A DNA stretch of 64,000 nucleotides from Succinivibrio sp. (GTDB lineage Bacteria; Bacillota; Clostridia; Lachnospirales; Lachnospiraceae): contig CAVAUJ010000003.1 of the NCBI GenBank assembly GCA_963591995.1, forward strand, positions 6,302 to 70,301, in the 5' to 3' direction. The notes under the pieces are model-generated. The model had not been told where the DNA came from. It made no database searches and saw only the letters and a list, made by a program, of their open reading frames with translations. Within the stretch, counting starts at the first letter, position 1, and each line of letters opens with the position of its first letter. Positions 39,426-49,492 of the stretch are shown piece by piece. Made by a program: the position numbers and the translations under genes.

Positions 39426-40731
39426 AGACGCAAACCGGGCAGCGGGTCATGCGGCAAAGCGGGGAAACGGGCAGAGAGCAGAGGTCGGGAATGCCGTCTG
39501 GAATGCCGTGGGCGGCATGCTCAATGCGGGACAGTCCGTCTTTCTGCTCATCGTCATCACGAGGGTCTGCGGTCTGAACGCGGCAGGGATTTTCTCGATT
39601 GCCTTTGCAACGGGAAATCTCTTTTTGTATCTGGGCAATTACGGTGTCCGCAATTATCAGGTCTCCGATCTGGCGGAACGCTTTTCGTTCGCGGATTACC
39701 TGCGGCACCGGCTTCTGACCGTGGGCCTTATGCTGATCGCCGCCGCCGTTTACGTTGCCTGGAGCGCATGGAGAGGAGAGTATTCAGCATATAAAACCGC
39801 CTGCGTCTGCGCCATGTGCCTGCTGAAGGCGGTGGATTGCCTGGAGGAGGTTTTCGAGGGCCGCTACCAGCAGAAGGGGCGGCTGGATCAGGCCGGCAAG
39901 CTGGTGGTGGCAAGGCTTGTGATCAGCATCGGCGGAATGATGGCTGTGCTCCTTTGGACGGGAGACCTTCTGGGAGCCTCCCTTGCCGCCGTGCTCCTTG
40001 CCGCTGCCGCCTCCGCCGTCATGATTTACCTCTTCCGAAGGACGGCAGAGTATGTCCGGACACCGTTTTCCGTGAGAAGCATTCTGGAGCTGATGCGGGA
40101 ATGCCTGCCGGTCTGCGCCGTCAATTTCCTCTCCTTCTATCTCATCAATGAGCCCAAATATGCCATTGATGCCGCAATGGATGAAACCGCGCAGGCCTGC
40201 TACAATTTCATCGCGATGCCGGTGTTCGTGATCCAGCTGCTGAACATGTTCCTGTACCAGCCGATGCTGATCTCCATGACAAAGGACTGGAAGAGCGGGA
40301 ACCGGGCGGGATTCGTAAGGAGCCTCGGCCGCGTTGCGGGGGCGCTGCTGCTGACATCGGTGCCGATCTTTCTGGCGGCCGGTCTCTGGGGAATTCCGGT
40401 GCTGTCCTGGCTTTATCACACGGACCTTTCGGAATACCGGACCGAGCTGCTGCTGGTCCTGACGGGGGGCGTCTTTCTCGCCTTCAACGGCTTCTGCGCG
40501 GCGGTGCTGACCATCATAAGGGCGCAGAGGCATCTGCCGCTCGCCTATCTTGCGGGGACGATCCTGTCGGTCCTCCTGACCCCGCGCCTTGTCGCGGCAT
40601 ACGGTATTCTGGGAGCGGTTGTTGCCTTTGTCTGCGTGATGGGGGCGGTCTCCGCCGTCCTGGCGGTGCTGCTCGCGGGAAAGCTTCGCCTGCCGCCAAG
40701 CCGCGTTGAGAAAACCGACCGTGTAGGGTAA
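39418..40731 (+). CDS. Polysaccharide flippase (Wzx/MOP-like)
   Basis: Multi-TM; GIFSIAFA, YGVRNYQVSD, PKYAID; start approximate. Confidence 0.75.
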   Translation: MHRDANRAAGHAAKRGNGQRAEVGNAVWNAVGGMLNAGQSVFLLIVITRVCGLNAAGIFSIAFATGNLFLYLGNYGVRNYQVSDLAERFSFADYLRHRLLTVGLMLIAAAVYVAWSAWRGEYSAYKTACVCAMCLLKAVDCLEEVFEGRYQQKGRLDQAGKLVVARLVISIGGMMAVLLWTGDLLGASLAAVLLAAAASAVMIYLFRRTAEYVRTPFSVRSILELMRECLPVCAVNFLSFYLINEPKYAIDAAMDETAQACYNFIAMPVFVIQLLNMFLYQPMLISMTKDWKSGNRAGFVRSLGRVAGALLLTSVPIFLAAGLWGIPVLSWLYHTDLSEYRTELLLVLTGGVFLAFNGFCAAVLTIIRAQRHLPLAYLAGTILSVLLTPRLVAAYGILGAVVAFVCVMGAVSAVLAVLLAGKLRLPPSRVEKTDRVG

Positions 40732-40734
40732 AAT
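40706..40734 (+). promoter_or_regulatory. Internal sigma-A promoter for the MBOAT operon
   Basis: TTGAGA (40706-11), 17 bp, TAAAAT (40729-34), 40 bp before the MBOAT ATG. Confidence 0.6.
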
Positions 40735-40774
40735 ATAGCCGTATGCCCAAACGATTCTCGAACAGGGAGTTCTT

Positions 40775-42184
40775 ATGGTTTTTAGTTCAATGATTTTCCT
40801 CTGGGTCTTCTTCCCGGTTGTCTTTCTTCTGAGCCTGGTGATTCGCAAGCCGGCGCGGCAGAACATTCTGCTGCTGGTGACCAGTCTGCTGTTCTATGCC
40901 TGGGGAGAGCCCCGGAACGTGCTGCTCCTTCTGGCCTCCATTGTCCTGAACTGGGCCTTTGGTCTCCTCATTGACCGGTTCCGCGGCAGAGCGAAGCTCT
41001 TTCTGACGATGGATATCATCGTAAACCTCGCACTTCTGGGTTATTTTAAATACACGGACTTCTTCCTGAATACCATCAACTTTGTGTTTCCGAAGGCAAA
41101 TCTTCCGCTCGCGCACATCGCGCTGCCCATCGGCATCAGCTTTTTCACCTTTCAGGCCATGAGCTACGTCATCGATTTGTACCGCGGACAGATCAAGGTG
41201 CAGAAGAATCTGCTGTATCTGGCATTGTACGTGTCCTTTTTCCCGCAGCTGATCGCGGGACCGATTGTAAAATACCGCGACATTGCGGAGCAGATCGAGA
41301 ACCGGAGCGTGGACGCGGAGCGCATCGCTTCGGGCTTTCGCCGTTTTGTCTACGGCCTTGGCAAAAAGGTGCTGATCTCGAATCTGGTCGGCCAGGCCGC
41401 CGACAATCTGTATGCGCTGGACACGGCCTCCCTGACGGGGGGGATGGCATGGCTGTGCGCACTGACCTACACGCTGCAGATTTACTATGATTTCTCCGGT
41501 TATTCCGATATGGCCATCGGCCTTGGCAGAATGTTCGGCTTCGATTTTCTGGAGAACTTCCGGTACCCGTACCTGAGCACCTCCATTCGTGAGTTCTGGC
41601 GCAGATGGCACATTTCCCTGGGCACCTGGTTCCAGGAGTACCTGTACATTCCGCTGGGAGGAAACCGCAGGGGAGGGGTCCGCACGTACCGGAATCTTCT
41701 GGTGGTCTTTTTTGCCACCGGCATGTGGCACGGTGCGAGCTGGAATTTCATTGCCTGGGGCCTGTACCATGGATTCTTCAGCATACTGGAGCGGGTGGGG
41801 CTTGGCAGGCTCCTGCAAAAGGGGAGAATTCTGCCGAGAATCTATACCATGCTGGTTGTGATGATCGGCTGGGTCTTCTTCCGCGCCGATCAATTCCGGC
41901 AGGGAGCTGCGATTGTTGTGCGCATGCTGCTGCCGTGGCGGTACACTTCCACCGACGTGATTGTAGGGACGCTGGTCAGCAGTGAGGCTGTGCTGGCATT
42001 GATCTGCGGCGTCCTGGGGTGCGGTGTGCTGCAGGCGGCTGTGACAAGGCAAAAGACGGCGGGAATCGCGCAGAAATGGAAGGGGAGCTTTCCGGAGTTT
42101 GTCTTCTGCGCAGCGGTTCTGCTCGGCTGCATTTTAAAGCTGGCGGGCAATACCTACAATCCGTTCATATATTTCAGGTTCTGA
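40775..42184 (+). CDS. MBOAT O-acyltransferase (AlgI/PatA-like)
   Basis: LPIGISFFTFQAMSYVID, FFPQLIAGPIV, DFSGYSDMAIG, FWRRWHISL, GMWHGA, NPFIYFRF. Confidence 0.92.
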   Translation: MVFSSMIFLWVFFPVVFLLSLVIRKPARQNILLLVTSLLFYAWGEPRNVLLLLASIVLNWAFGLLIDRFRGRAKLFLTMDIIVNLALLGYFKYTDFFLNTINFVFPKANLPLAHIALPIGISFFTFQAMSYVIDLYRGQIKVQKNLLYLALYVSFFPQLIAGPIVKYRDIAEQIENRSVDAERIASGFRRFVYGLGKKVLISNLVGQAADNLYALDTASLTGGMAWLCALTYTLQIYYDFSGYSDMAIGLGRMFGFDFLENFRYPYLSTSIREFWRRWHISLGTWFQEYLYIPLGGNRRGGVRTYRNLLVVFFATGMWHGASWNFIAWGLYHGFFSILERVGLGRLLQKGRILPRIYTMLVVMIGWVFFRADQFRQGAAIVVRMLLPWRYTSTDVIVGTLVSSEAVLALICGVLGCGVLQAAVTRQKTAGIAQKWKGSFPEFVFCAAVLLGCILKLAGNTYNPFIYFRF

Positions 42185-42205
42185 TGAACGGCAGGAAAGG
42201 ACAGA

Positions 42206-43402
42206 ATGAAGGAAGAGACGACACTTTCTGCAACAAAACCCCTCGGCAAAGGGATGCGGCGCCTGTATGTGCTGCTCATGACGGCAGTGCTCCTGCTCCC
42301 TGCGGCGGTTTTCGTCCTGATCCGGGGCTTTGTGGATACGACCAATTATGAACAGAGAACCCTGGCATTGCTGCCGTGCAGCCGGGAGGCCGAGGCGGCC
42401 GGCATGGTGACGACGGCGGAAACCTTTCCGTCCCAGTTTGAGGATTGGTTCAATGACCATCTGCCCTTCCGCAATCAGCTGCTGACGCTGCAGGGACTGC
42501 TGGAATATAAGGTGCTGAAGACCTCCTCCTCCGAGAGCGTCGTTGTGGGGAAGGACGGCTGGCTCTTCTACAAGGGGGCACAGGTGGCGGACGAGGATCC
42601 CATCGGGGACTATATGGGAACGAACCTGTTCACCGAAGAGGAGCTGGAGAGGATCGCCGGCAATTTCACGGCGGCAAGGGATGAGCTCGCCGGCCGCGGG
42701 TGCGACTTTGTGATCTATTTCGCACCGAACAAGGAACGGGTCTACAGCGAGTATATGCCGGATATGTACGGAAAGCCCGCAGAGCACTTCAAGCTGCAGC
42801 AGCTGGTGGAATATCTGCAGACAGAAACGGATCTGAAGGTGGTGTGCGCGCTGGACGATTTGCTGACCTATCGCGAGCAGAATCCGGATACGGAGATTTA
42901 TTACAAATATGACACGCATTGGAACAATCTGGGTGCCTACATAGGCTCGGAGAAGCTGGTGCAGGCACTGGGTTATGACTTTGTCCCGCTGGAGGAGGTT
43001 TCGGTGACGGATTACCATACCGGCAGCTATGATCTTGCGCGGCTGATCCATCTGGGCAATACGCTGAATGACTGTGCAGCCTATCAGCTGACGGGCTACA
43101 CCGGCCACCCGATGACGTCGGCGCAGGAGGAGGACGGACATGTGTTCCGCTTCACGACGACGGACGGGCAGGCACCCGGCGGGAAGCTCTTCGTGATCGG
43201 AGATTCCTTTTCTACGATGATGGCACCGTATCTGGCCTGTCATTATGCATCGGCCTATACGACCTTTTATTACACCTACAGCCACGGACAGCTGCTGCGG
43301 GAGGAGCCGGATGTGGTGGTATACGAGGCGGTGGAGCGATATGTGGGCAACATGCTGGACTTCACGCTGACGGACGGCTATCAGGGCTCGAATGCGGAAT
43401 GA
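42206..43402 (+). CDS. AlgJ/AlgX-like (SGNH) extracytoplasmic O-acetyltransferase
   Basis: N-terminal TM, DHLPFR, GKDGWLF, APNK, YDTHWN, IGDSF; paired with MBOAT. Confidence 0.82.
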   Translation: MKEETTLSATKPLGKGMRRLYVLLMTAVLLLPAAVFVLIRGFVDTTNYEQRTLALLPCSREAEAAGMVTTAETFPSQFEDWFNDHLPFRNQLLTLQGLLEYKVLKTSSSESVVVGKDGWLFYKGAQVADEDPIGDYMGTNLFTEEELERIAGNFTAARDELAGRGCDFVIYFAPNKERVYSEYMPDMYGKPAEHFKLQQLVEYLQTETDLKVVCALDDLLTYREQNPDTEIYYKYDTHWNNLGAYIGSEKLVQALGYDFVPLEEVSVTDYHTGSYDLARLIHLGNTLNDCAAYQLTGYTGHPMTSAQEEDGHVFRFTTTDGQAPGGKLFVIGDSFSTMMAPYLACHYASAYTTFYYTYSHGQLLREEPDVVVYEAVERYVGNMLDFTLTDGYQGSNAE

Positions 43403-43510
43403 GGGCGGAATGAACGCGCCATGAACGCGGAGTGCGTGCGGAACAGGGGATATGCCCGGGGCGTCATATGTGTTGCAGCCGGATACGGCTGCGGGCAGGA
43501 GGACAGGAAA

Positions 43511-44443
43511 ATGGACAGAATCGCGGTATTGATTCCATGCTACAACGAGGAGAAGACCGTACAGAAGGTTGTGACGGATGCAAAAAGGGCACTGCCGGAT
43601 GCGGTAATCTATGTCTATGACAACAATTCGACGGACCGGACGGCGGAGCTTGCGAGGGAGGCCGGTGCCGTGGTACGCAGGGAATATATGCAGGGGAAGG
43701 GCAACGTGATCCGCCGCATGTTCCGCGAGATCGATGCGGAATGCTATGTGATGACGGACGGAGACGACACCTATCCGATGGAGAGTGCGGCGGAGATGGT
43801 GCGGCTGGTGCTGGAACACAATGCCGATATGGTGGTAGGAGACCGCCTCTCTTCCACGTATTTCACCCAGAACAAGCGTCCGTTTCACAATTTCGGCAAT
43901 TCTCTGGTGCGCGGCAGCATCAATCGCCTCTTTGACTGCGGCGTGAAGGACATTATGACCGGATACCGGGCCTTCAGCTTTGATTTCGTGAAGACCTTTC
44001 CGGTTCTTTCGAAGGGCTTCGAGATTGAGACGGAGATGACCATTCATGCCGTCTACAACAACATGCAGATTGAGAATGTTATCGTGGATTACCGGGACCG
44101 GCCCGAGGGGAGCGTGTCGAAGCTGGATACCTTCGGCGACGGCTTCCGTGTGCTACGGACCATCGTACGGCTCTATCGCAATTACAAGCCTCTTGGCTTT
44201 TTCGGATTGCTGGCGGCGCTGCTGGCACTGGTATCCTTCCTGTTCTTCGTTCCGGTTCTGAGCGATTACATGAACACCGGTCTGGTGGCGAAATTCCCGA
44301 CGCTGATCGTGTGCGGCTTTGTTATGCTGGCAGCCATCCAGTCGCTGTTCTCCGGTCTGATTCTGTCGAATCTGGAGCGGAACAACCGGCGCAATTTCGA
44401 AATCGACCGCATCAACCTGCATGTCATGCAAAAGGACGACTGA
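43511..44443 (+). CDS. GT2 glycosyltransferase (polyprenyl-phosphate sugar synthase, GtrB/DPM1-like)
   Basis: IPCYNEE, DNNSTD, QGKG, TDGDDTY, FEIETEM, two C-terminal TMs. Confidence 0.88.
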   Translation: MDRIAVLIPCYNEEKTVQKVVTDAKRALPDAVIYVYDNNSTDRTAELAREAGAVVRREYMQGKGNVIRRMFREIDAECYVMTDGDDTYPMESAAEMVRLVLEHNADMVVGDRLSSTYFTQNKRPFHNFGNSLVRGSINRLFDCGVKDIMTGYRAFSFDFVKTFPVLSKGFEIETEMTIHAVYNNMQIENVIVDYRDRPEGSVSKLDTFGDGFRVLRTIVRLYRNYKPLGFFGLLAALLALVSFLFFVPVLSDYMNTGLVAKFPTLIVCGFVMLAAIQSLFSGLILSNLERNNRRNFEIDRINLHVMQKDD

Positions 44444-44444
44444 T

Positions 44445-46436
44445 ATGGCGCAGACGAGAAAAGAACGGGCGGACAAAAAGAAAATCCCGGGAGTGCTCCG
44501 GGAGCATTGGGCAGCGGTCACCGCTGCTCTTTTTGTTCTGGCGGCAGGATTGGTTTATCTTGCGGCGGGAGACGGGGCACAGATCGCCGTTGCGGACAAT
44601 CTGGACCTGTTCCAGGCCCAGTACCGAATGCTGAAGGACACCGGGACCTTCCGGGCATCGGATGCCGCAGCGCCGTTTCTGCACGGAATTTCCCGAGATG
44701 TGCTGCCCAGTGAATGTTCTCTGGAGGCCGTGCTGTATCTGCTGCTGCCTTCACTTGCCGCCTACGTGGTGATGTATCTGGTAAAGGTCGTCCTCGGGAC
44801 GGTGTCCTTTGTCCTTCTGGCAAGGGAGCTGGAGCGGCGCGGGTGGATCACCCCGGGGCAAACCGCGCCGGTGCAGACCACGCCGGGGCAAACGATGACG
44901 GGGCAAACCGCATCGCACCGGGCCTCCCGAACCGGGAATCTGGCGGTGCTGATCGGCCTTTGCTACGGATGCCTGAACCTGTTCCCCTCTTTTGGCATTG
45001 CCTTTTCTTCCATACCGCTGGCGGTATACTGCACGCTGCGGCTTCTGCGGGCAGAATCCCGAAAGAGCACCTGCGGCTGGCTGTTGGCGCTGTTCCTGTA
45101 TCCCTGGCTTTCCTATTTCTCGTATTTCGGCTTTTTCCTGCTGTGCTATCTGGTGCTGGCGCTGACGGTAGTGCTGCTGACGATGGCGGCAGACGTGGTG
45201 CGCTGTCGCATCCGCGGGAGCCGGACGACGCGCAGCCTTCTTGGCCGGAGAAGGACGGCGTTTCGGCTTCTGCTCGCGCTGCTGTTCCTGTCGGCCGGCT
45301 ATGTTGTGTGGGAGCACCGCCTGTTCGCGAGCATGCTGCTGGGAGGGGAGACCACCATCCGGGACACCATGGTGCAGACCTCGCTGACGCTGCCGGAAAT
45401 CCTGCAGTGGACGGGAGGACTCCTGCTGTACGGCGTGGATTTGCATTGCGAGAGTGCACAGCGCTTCGTGGTGCTGCCGGTGTGTCTGGCCTACCTGATC
45501 CTTCGGAACGCGGGATATCTGCGAAGAAGGGAAGGGAGAGCCGCCTTCCGTGACCTTTATAACATTGCCGCAATCCTCCTGCTGTTCAACAGTGCGGTTT
45601 ACGGCCTGTATTACTGCGAGGAATTCCGCACGTGGATGGAGCGGTTGGTGCCTTCCCTTCGCGGATTTCAGTTCAGCAGAACCTCCTTTTTCAACCCGTT
45701 TCTGTGGTACGTCATGTTCTGGATCGCGCTTTGCCGTCTGACGGTTTGGGGGAGCGGGCTTCGAACGCGCAGAAAAGAGAAGAACGGAAAGGAAGAGGGG
45801 AGTGGAAAGGGAAATGGAACCCGGGCGTTCGCCTTTGCCGTCTGTCTGGCGGCTGCAGCCTTTCTGGCCATCCAGCTGTACGGGAATACCTACAATGATC
45901 TGCTGCACACCGCAAAGGCGCTTGTGAAGGAGGAGCTCGGAAAGGAGCCGTACAATACGCTGAGCTACGGAGAATACTATTCGGAGGCGCTGTTCCGGAA
46001 GGCCTGCGAGGAGATCGGCTACGAGGGGGAGTGGTCGGCGGCTTACGGCTTTCATCCGGCCGTTCTGGAGTACAACGGCATCGCAACCATTGACGGATAT
46101 CTTGGCTTTTACCCGCAGGCCTATAAGGAGAGCTTTCGCCGTGTGATCGCACCGGCTTTGGAGCAAAATGAAAGCTCCCGACTCTATTATGATGAGTGGG
46201 GAGCCAGATGCTATCTGTATTCCGGCAGCAATGCTACCATTGTGGAGGCGGTGCGCAACTACCCGCACACAGAGGATACGCTGGAGGTGGACACAGCGGC
46301 GCTCCGGGAGCTGGACTGCCGCTATATCTTCTCGAGAATTGCGATCACCAATTACGAAGAGCTGTCCATGGAGCTGCTGGGCCCCTTTACGGAGGAGAGC
46401 AGTCCCTACACGCTGTATGTGTACCGCCTCCGCTGA
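44445..46436 (+). CDS. DUF6044-like polytopic membrane protein (putative GT-C glycosyltransferase)
   Basis: Early DNLD loop, many TMs, FQFSR, C-terminal HPAVLEYNGIATIDGY; follows GT2. Confidence 0.7.
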   Translation: MAQTRKERADKKKIPGVLREHWAAVTAALFVLAAGLVYLAAGDGAQIAVADNLDLFQAQYRMLKDTGTFRASDAAAPFLHGISRDVLPSECSLEAVLYLLLPSLAAYVVMYLVKVVLGTVSFVLLARELERRGWITPGQTAPVQTTPGQTMTGQTASHRASRTGNLAVLIGLCYGCLNLFPSFGIAFSSIPLAVYCTLRLLRAESRKSTCGWLLALFLYPWLSYFSYFGFFLLCYLVLALTVVLLTMAADVVRCRIRGSRTTRSLLGRRRTAFRLLLALLFLSAGYVVWEHRLFASMLLGGETTIRDTMVQTSLTLPEILQWTGGLLLYGVDLHCESAQRFVVLPVCLAYLILRNAGYLRRREGRAAFRDLYNIAAILLLFNSAVYGLYYCEEFRTWMERLVPSLRGFQFSRTSFFNPFLWYVMFWIALCRLTVWGSGLRTRRKEKNGKEEGSGKGNGTRAFAFAVCLAAAAFLAIQLYGNTYNDLLHTAKALVKEELGKEPYNTLSYGEYYSEALFRKACEEIGYEGEWSAAYGFHPAVLEYNGIATIDGYLGFYPQAYKESFRRVIAPALEQNESSRLYYDEWGARCYLYSGSNATIVEAVRNYPHTEDTLEVDTAALRELDCRYIFSRIAITNYEELSMELLGPFTEESSPYTLYVYRLR

Positions 46437-46509
46437 GCAGCCTGCAGAGGCAGGAAAAGTTTGCAGGGGTGGTAGGAAAAGCCTGCGGCCGGGCGGCGGA
46501 ACAGGCCTG

Positions 46510-47505
46510 CTACCGGGAGCCCTTGTCGTTCTTTTCCTCGCCGCCGGTGCGGTTGGCACCCTCGACATCCCCGGCGAGAATTTTCTTGCTGATCTGATTC
46601 CGGAAGCCGGCATCGATGAAGTCACAGGACTTGCAGAAGGGATAGCGGTTCCGCCCCATGGCGAGAGCCTTTCGGACGGCCGTGATCTTCGGGCCGCTCC
46701 AACACGCCTTCAGGGATTCGGTGTTCAGATTGCCAAGATCCGTGACCTCCAGATTGTCGCAGCAGCAGATGCCGATCTTCCCGTTCGGCGTGATCCAAAG
46801 GTCGGTAAAGGGCAGAAGACACGACTGCGTGTACTCCTTCGGCGTGCTCTGCTTGTTGGGAGCGGAGCCGGCCCGGTTGGTCAGGACCTCCTGCAGGTAG
46901 CGCATCTGGATGACAATTTCGATGTCGCGGAACTCTTCCTCGTGCGTCCGGACGTAGTCATAAATCTCCTGAATGTTGTCATGGAGCTTATACTCATTGG
47001 CGTAGTTGTTGATGATGAGCTGGTCAATGTAGGGCTGCACCTCACGGATCTTGTCCAGAGTCAGAATGAGCCCGTTCGTTGACATGAAGATAAAGCTGTT
47101 CGGGAGCTTCTCCCTGGCATAGCGGTGGAGCTCCACGATGCGCGTATCCAGGAGCGGCTCATTGTTGCCGTACAGGGTCAGATGCCCCTCATAGCCCCAG
47201 TCGGCCAGCTGATCGATGATGGAGCGGTAGAGCTTCTCATCAATCTTCATGAAGGGACGCTTCTCGGCGTGAACATTGGCGGTGCAGAAGGCACAGGTGG
47301 AGTTGCAGCGGTTGATGGTCTCGATGTTGACAACCTGCGGCTTGGGCGTTTCCTCCTGCTCCATGAACCATTTGATGTATTGATCCTGAATGGTCCCTCT
47401 TGTCATGAACTGGAGCCGCAGATAAGCGCTGCTGGCGAGGTTGGGCGCAATGCGCCTCGCCTCGAAGCCGAATCTTCCCAGAAAACTGCTGATACGAATG
47501 CTCAT
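46510..47505 (-). CDS. Radical SAM protein with SPASM/twitch domain
   Basis: CNSTCAFC, NEPLLD, STNG, C-terminal CLLPF..CCCD..CKSC; start 47505 has a GAGGA RBS (alternative 47544). Confidence 0.85.
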   Translation of the reverse strand: MSIRISSFLGRFGFEARRIAPNLASSAYLRLQFMTRGTIQDQYIKWFMEQEETPKPQVVNIETINRCNSTCAFCTANVHAEKRPFMKIDEKLYRSIIDQLADWGYEGHLTLYGNNEPLLDTRIVELHRYAREKLPNSFIFMSTNGLILTLDKIREVQPYIDQLIINNYANEYKLHDNIQEIYDYVRTHEEEFRDIEIVIQMRYLQEVLTNRAGSAPNKQSTPKEYTQSCLLPFTDLWITPNGKIGICCCDNLEVTDLGNLNTESLKACWSGPKITAVRKALAMGRNRYPFCKSCDFIDAGFRNQISKKILAGDVEGANRTGGEEKNDKGSR

Positions 47506-47568
47506 ATAATTCGATTCATCCTCACTCTTGTCGGTTCGCACCATCGAAAGCGGGCCGTCTGCGAGGTG

Positions 47569-49140
47569 TTAATCCACCTCTACGGTATTCTCCTCGGCGG
47601 CTTCGTGGTACTCCTTCTCGGTATTGACGCTCCACACGTTGGAACGGTCGGTGCGGCCGCTTACGATATCCTTTACGGCCTCAAAGCTGGTGCACATGGA
47701 ATGGTCAATGTTGTTGTAGCGATGCTGTCCGTTCCGTCCCACACAGAAAAGGTTGGGAATGGTGTCCAGATAGCTGCGCAGGGTGTCCATCTCATCATAG
47801 GTGTCAAAATAAGCCGGATATGCCTTTTTCACACGCTCCACGTGGGAATCCAGCACAGCGCTCTCATCCTTGATCAGCCCGAGCTTTACCATCTCCCGGA
47901 TGCCCAGTGCGGCAAAATCCTCGTCCCTCATGGTCCAGAGAGAATCGCCCTCGTTGCAGAAATACTCCAGCCCCAGCCATACGGTATGCTCGAGGTCCTT
48001 TACGAGATAGGGGGACCAGTTGTTGTAGATCTGGAACCGTCCCATGGTGACGTTCCGGTCATGGACATAGACCCAGTTGTCGGGGACGATGTTGCCGATG
48101 GTCCGGGTGCGGGTCTTGTTCACCAGCTCCAGATGGTTCACCAGCACGCCGACGGTCATGTAGTCACGGTACGGAAGACCGGCGGCGATGCGGGCAGGAT
48201 CCGCCGGGACATCGTTCATGCCGGCCACGAGATCCTTGATGGGCATGGAAGAGATGACATAATCACCCTCCGCCGTGTATTGCTGTCCGTCCTTTTCATA
48301 GACAACGCCGGTGAGCGTGTTCTGCTCATTCTTCAGAATCTTTACCACCCGGGCTCCGGTCAGGATCGTGCCGCCCTTCTTGCGGACCTCCTCGGCCGTG
48401 ACGTCCCAGAGCTGCCCGGGACCAAGCTTCGGATAGCTGAACTCCTCGATAAGGGAGGTTTCCACCTTCCGGTTCTTTTTATGGAACATCTTGCCGAGCG
48501 CATCCTTCAGCACAGCGGAGATGGAAACGCCCTTGACCCGCTGCGCTCCCCAGGAGGGATCGATCTGCGACGGGTGCCGTCCCCAGAGATTCTCCGTGTA
48601 ATGCTCAAAGAACATGGAATAGAGCTTCCGGCCGAAGCGGTTGATGTAGAAATCCTCCAGAGATTTCTCCTCTCTGGGGAAGAGCCTCGCCTTGATGTAG
48701 GAGAAGCCGACCACGATGGTGGTGCCGAAGCCCATATTGGCGAAGGTCTCCGGCTTTAAGGAAATCGGGTAATCGAAAAATCTGCTGTTGAAGAAGATCC
48801 GGCTGACGCGGCTGCGGCGCAGCATGACGCGGTCCGTTGTCTGCGGATCCGGTCCGCCCTTCATGAGGGAAACCGTCCGGTGCAACGCGTCATCATCGCT
48901 GGCCGGCGCACCCTGCCTCGGCAGGAGAGCATCCCACCAGGCGTTGACTTCGGGGACCTTGGAGAAAAAACGGTGGCCGCCCATATCCATGCGATTGCCC
49001 TTGTATTCCACTGTCCGGGAAATACCGCCGAAAGCAGAGGTCTCCTCGAAAACAACGACCTCGTATCCCCCGGTCTTCTGCAGCTCATAGGCGGCGGTCA
49101 GTCCGGCAGGACCGGCACCGATGATCAGTACCTTCTTCAT
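47569..49140 (-). CDS. FAD-dependent oxidoreductase (HemY-like / UDP-galactopyranose-mutase-like family)
   Basis: [56 protein letters not shown]. Confidence 0.8.
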   Translation of the reverse strand: MKKVLIIGAGPAGLTAAYELQKTGGYEVVVFEETSAFGGISRTVEYKGNRMDMGGHRFFSKVPEVNAWWDALLPRQGAPASDDDALHRTVSLMKGGPDPQTTDRVMLRRSRVSRIFFNSRFFDYPISLKPETFANMGFGTTIVVGFSYIKARLFPREEKSLEDFYINRFGRKLYSMFFEHYTENLWGRHPSQIDPSWGAQRVKGVSISAVLKDALGKMFHKKNRKVETSLIEEFSYPKLGPGQLWDVTAEEVRKKGGTILTGARVVKILKNEQNTLTGVVYEKDGQQYTAEGDYVISSMPIKDLVAGMNDVPADPARIAAGLPYRDYMTVGVLVNHLELVNKTRTRTIGNIVPDNWVYVHDRNVTMGRFQIYNNWSPYLVKDLEHTVWLGLEYFCNEGDSLWTMRDEDFAALGIREMVKLGLIKDESAVLDSHVERVKKAYPAYFDTYDEMDTLRSYLDTIPNLFCVGRNGQHRYNNIDHSMCTSFEAVKDIVSGRTDRSNVWSVNTEKEYHEAAEENTVEVD

Positions 49141-49223
49141 GCATAAGCTCCTTGTAACATCGTAATTCGCGGTCTGTTCAGACACACAACTTAATACTAG
49201 CATATCGGGGCGGGGGGTGTACA

Positions 49224-49252
49224 TCGACATTTTCCCGGCGGTGGGGTAAACT
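49224..49252 (+). promoter_or_regulatory. Sigma-A promoter with predicted +1 at the base of the structured element
   Basis: TCGACA (49224-29), 17 bp, TAAACT (49247-52). Confidence 0.6.
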
Positions 49253-49258
49253 CTTCTG

Positions 49259-49474
49259 AAAAGGTTACTGTACAGACGTCAGCAAAGCGACGGGTCCTGG
49301 CGGAGAATGTCCGGATCAGGGGCCTTGCGAGGCCTCGGTGCTTGCGAGCGTACTCTGCGAGCTTAGCACCGCTAGGTCCGAACACGGAACGAGAGTGTCC
49401 CCTGATTGGACAACTCCGCCGGGACCCGTCGTCGGCTGGTGGCGGAACGGTAACCTGTGAATTTTACAGTAACC
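49259..49474 (+). ncRNA. Unassigned ~200-nt structured RNA or MITE-like element
   Basis: Four nested long-range helices closing a multibranch head; non-Watson-Crick pairs within the helices are G-U on the + strand; not matched to a known family by eye. Confidence 0.55.
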
Positions 49475-49492
49475 GGTACCGGGTAAGACATT

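Noticed and set aside
49259..49474. SRP RNA or 6S RNA identity for the structured element
   Set aside because: TAGGTCCGAACACGGAACGAG only loosely resembles SRP domain IV (no GNRA loop or AGCAG) and no Alu domain is visible; no large central bubble as in 6S. Needs Infernal to exclude formally
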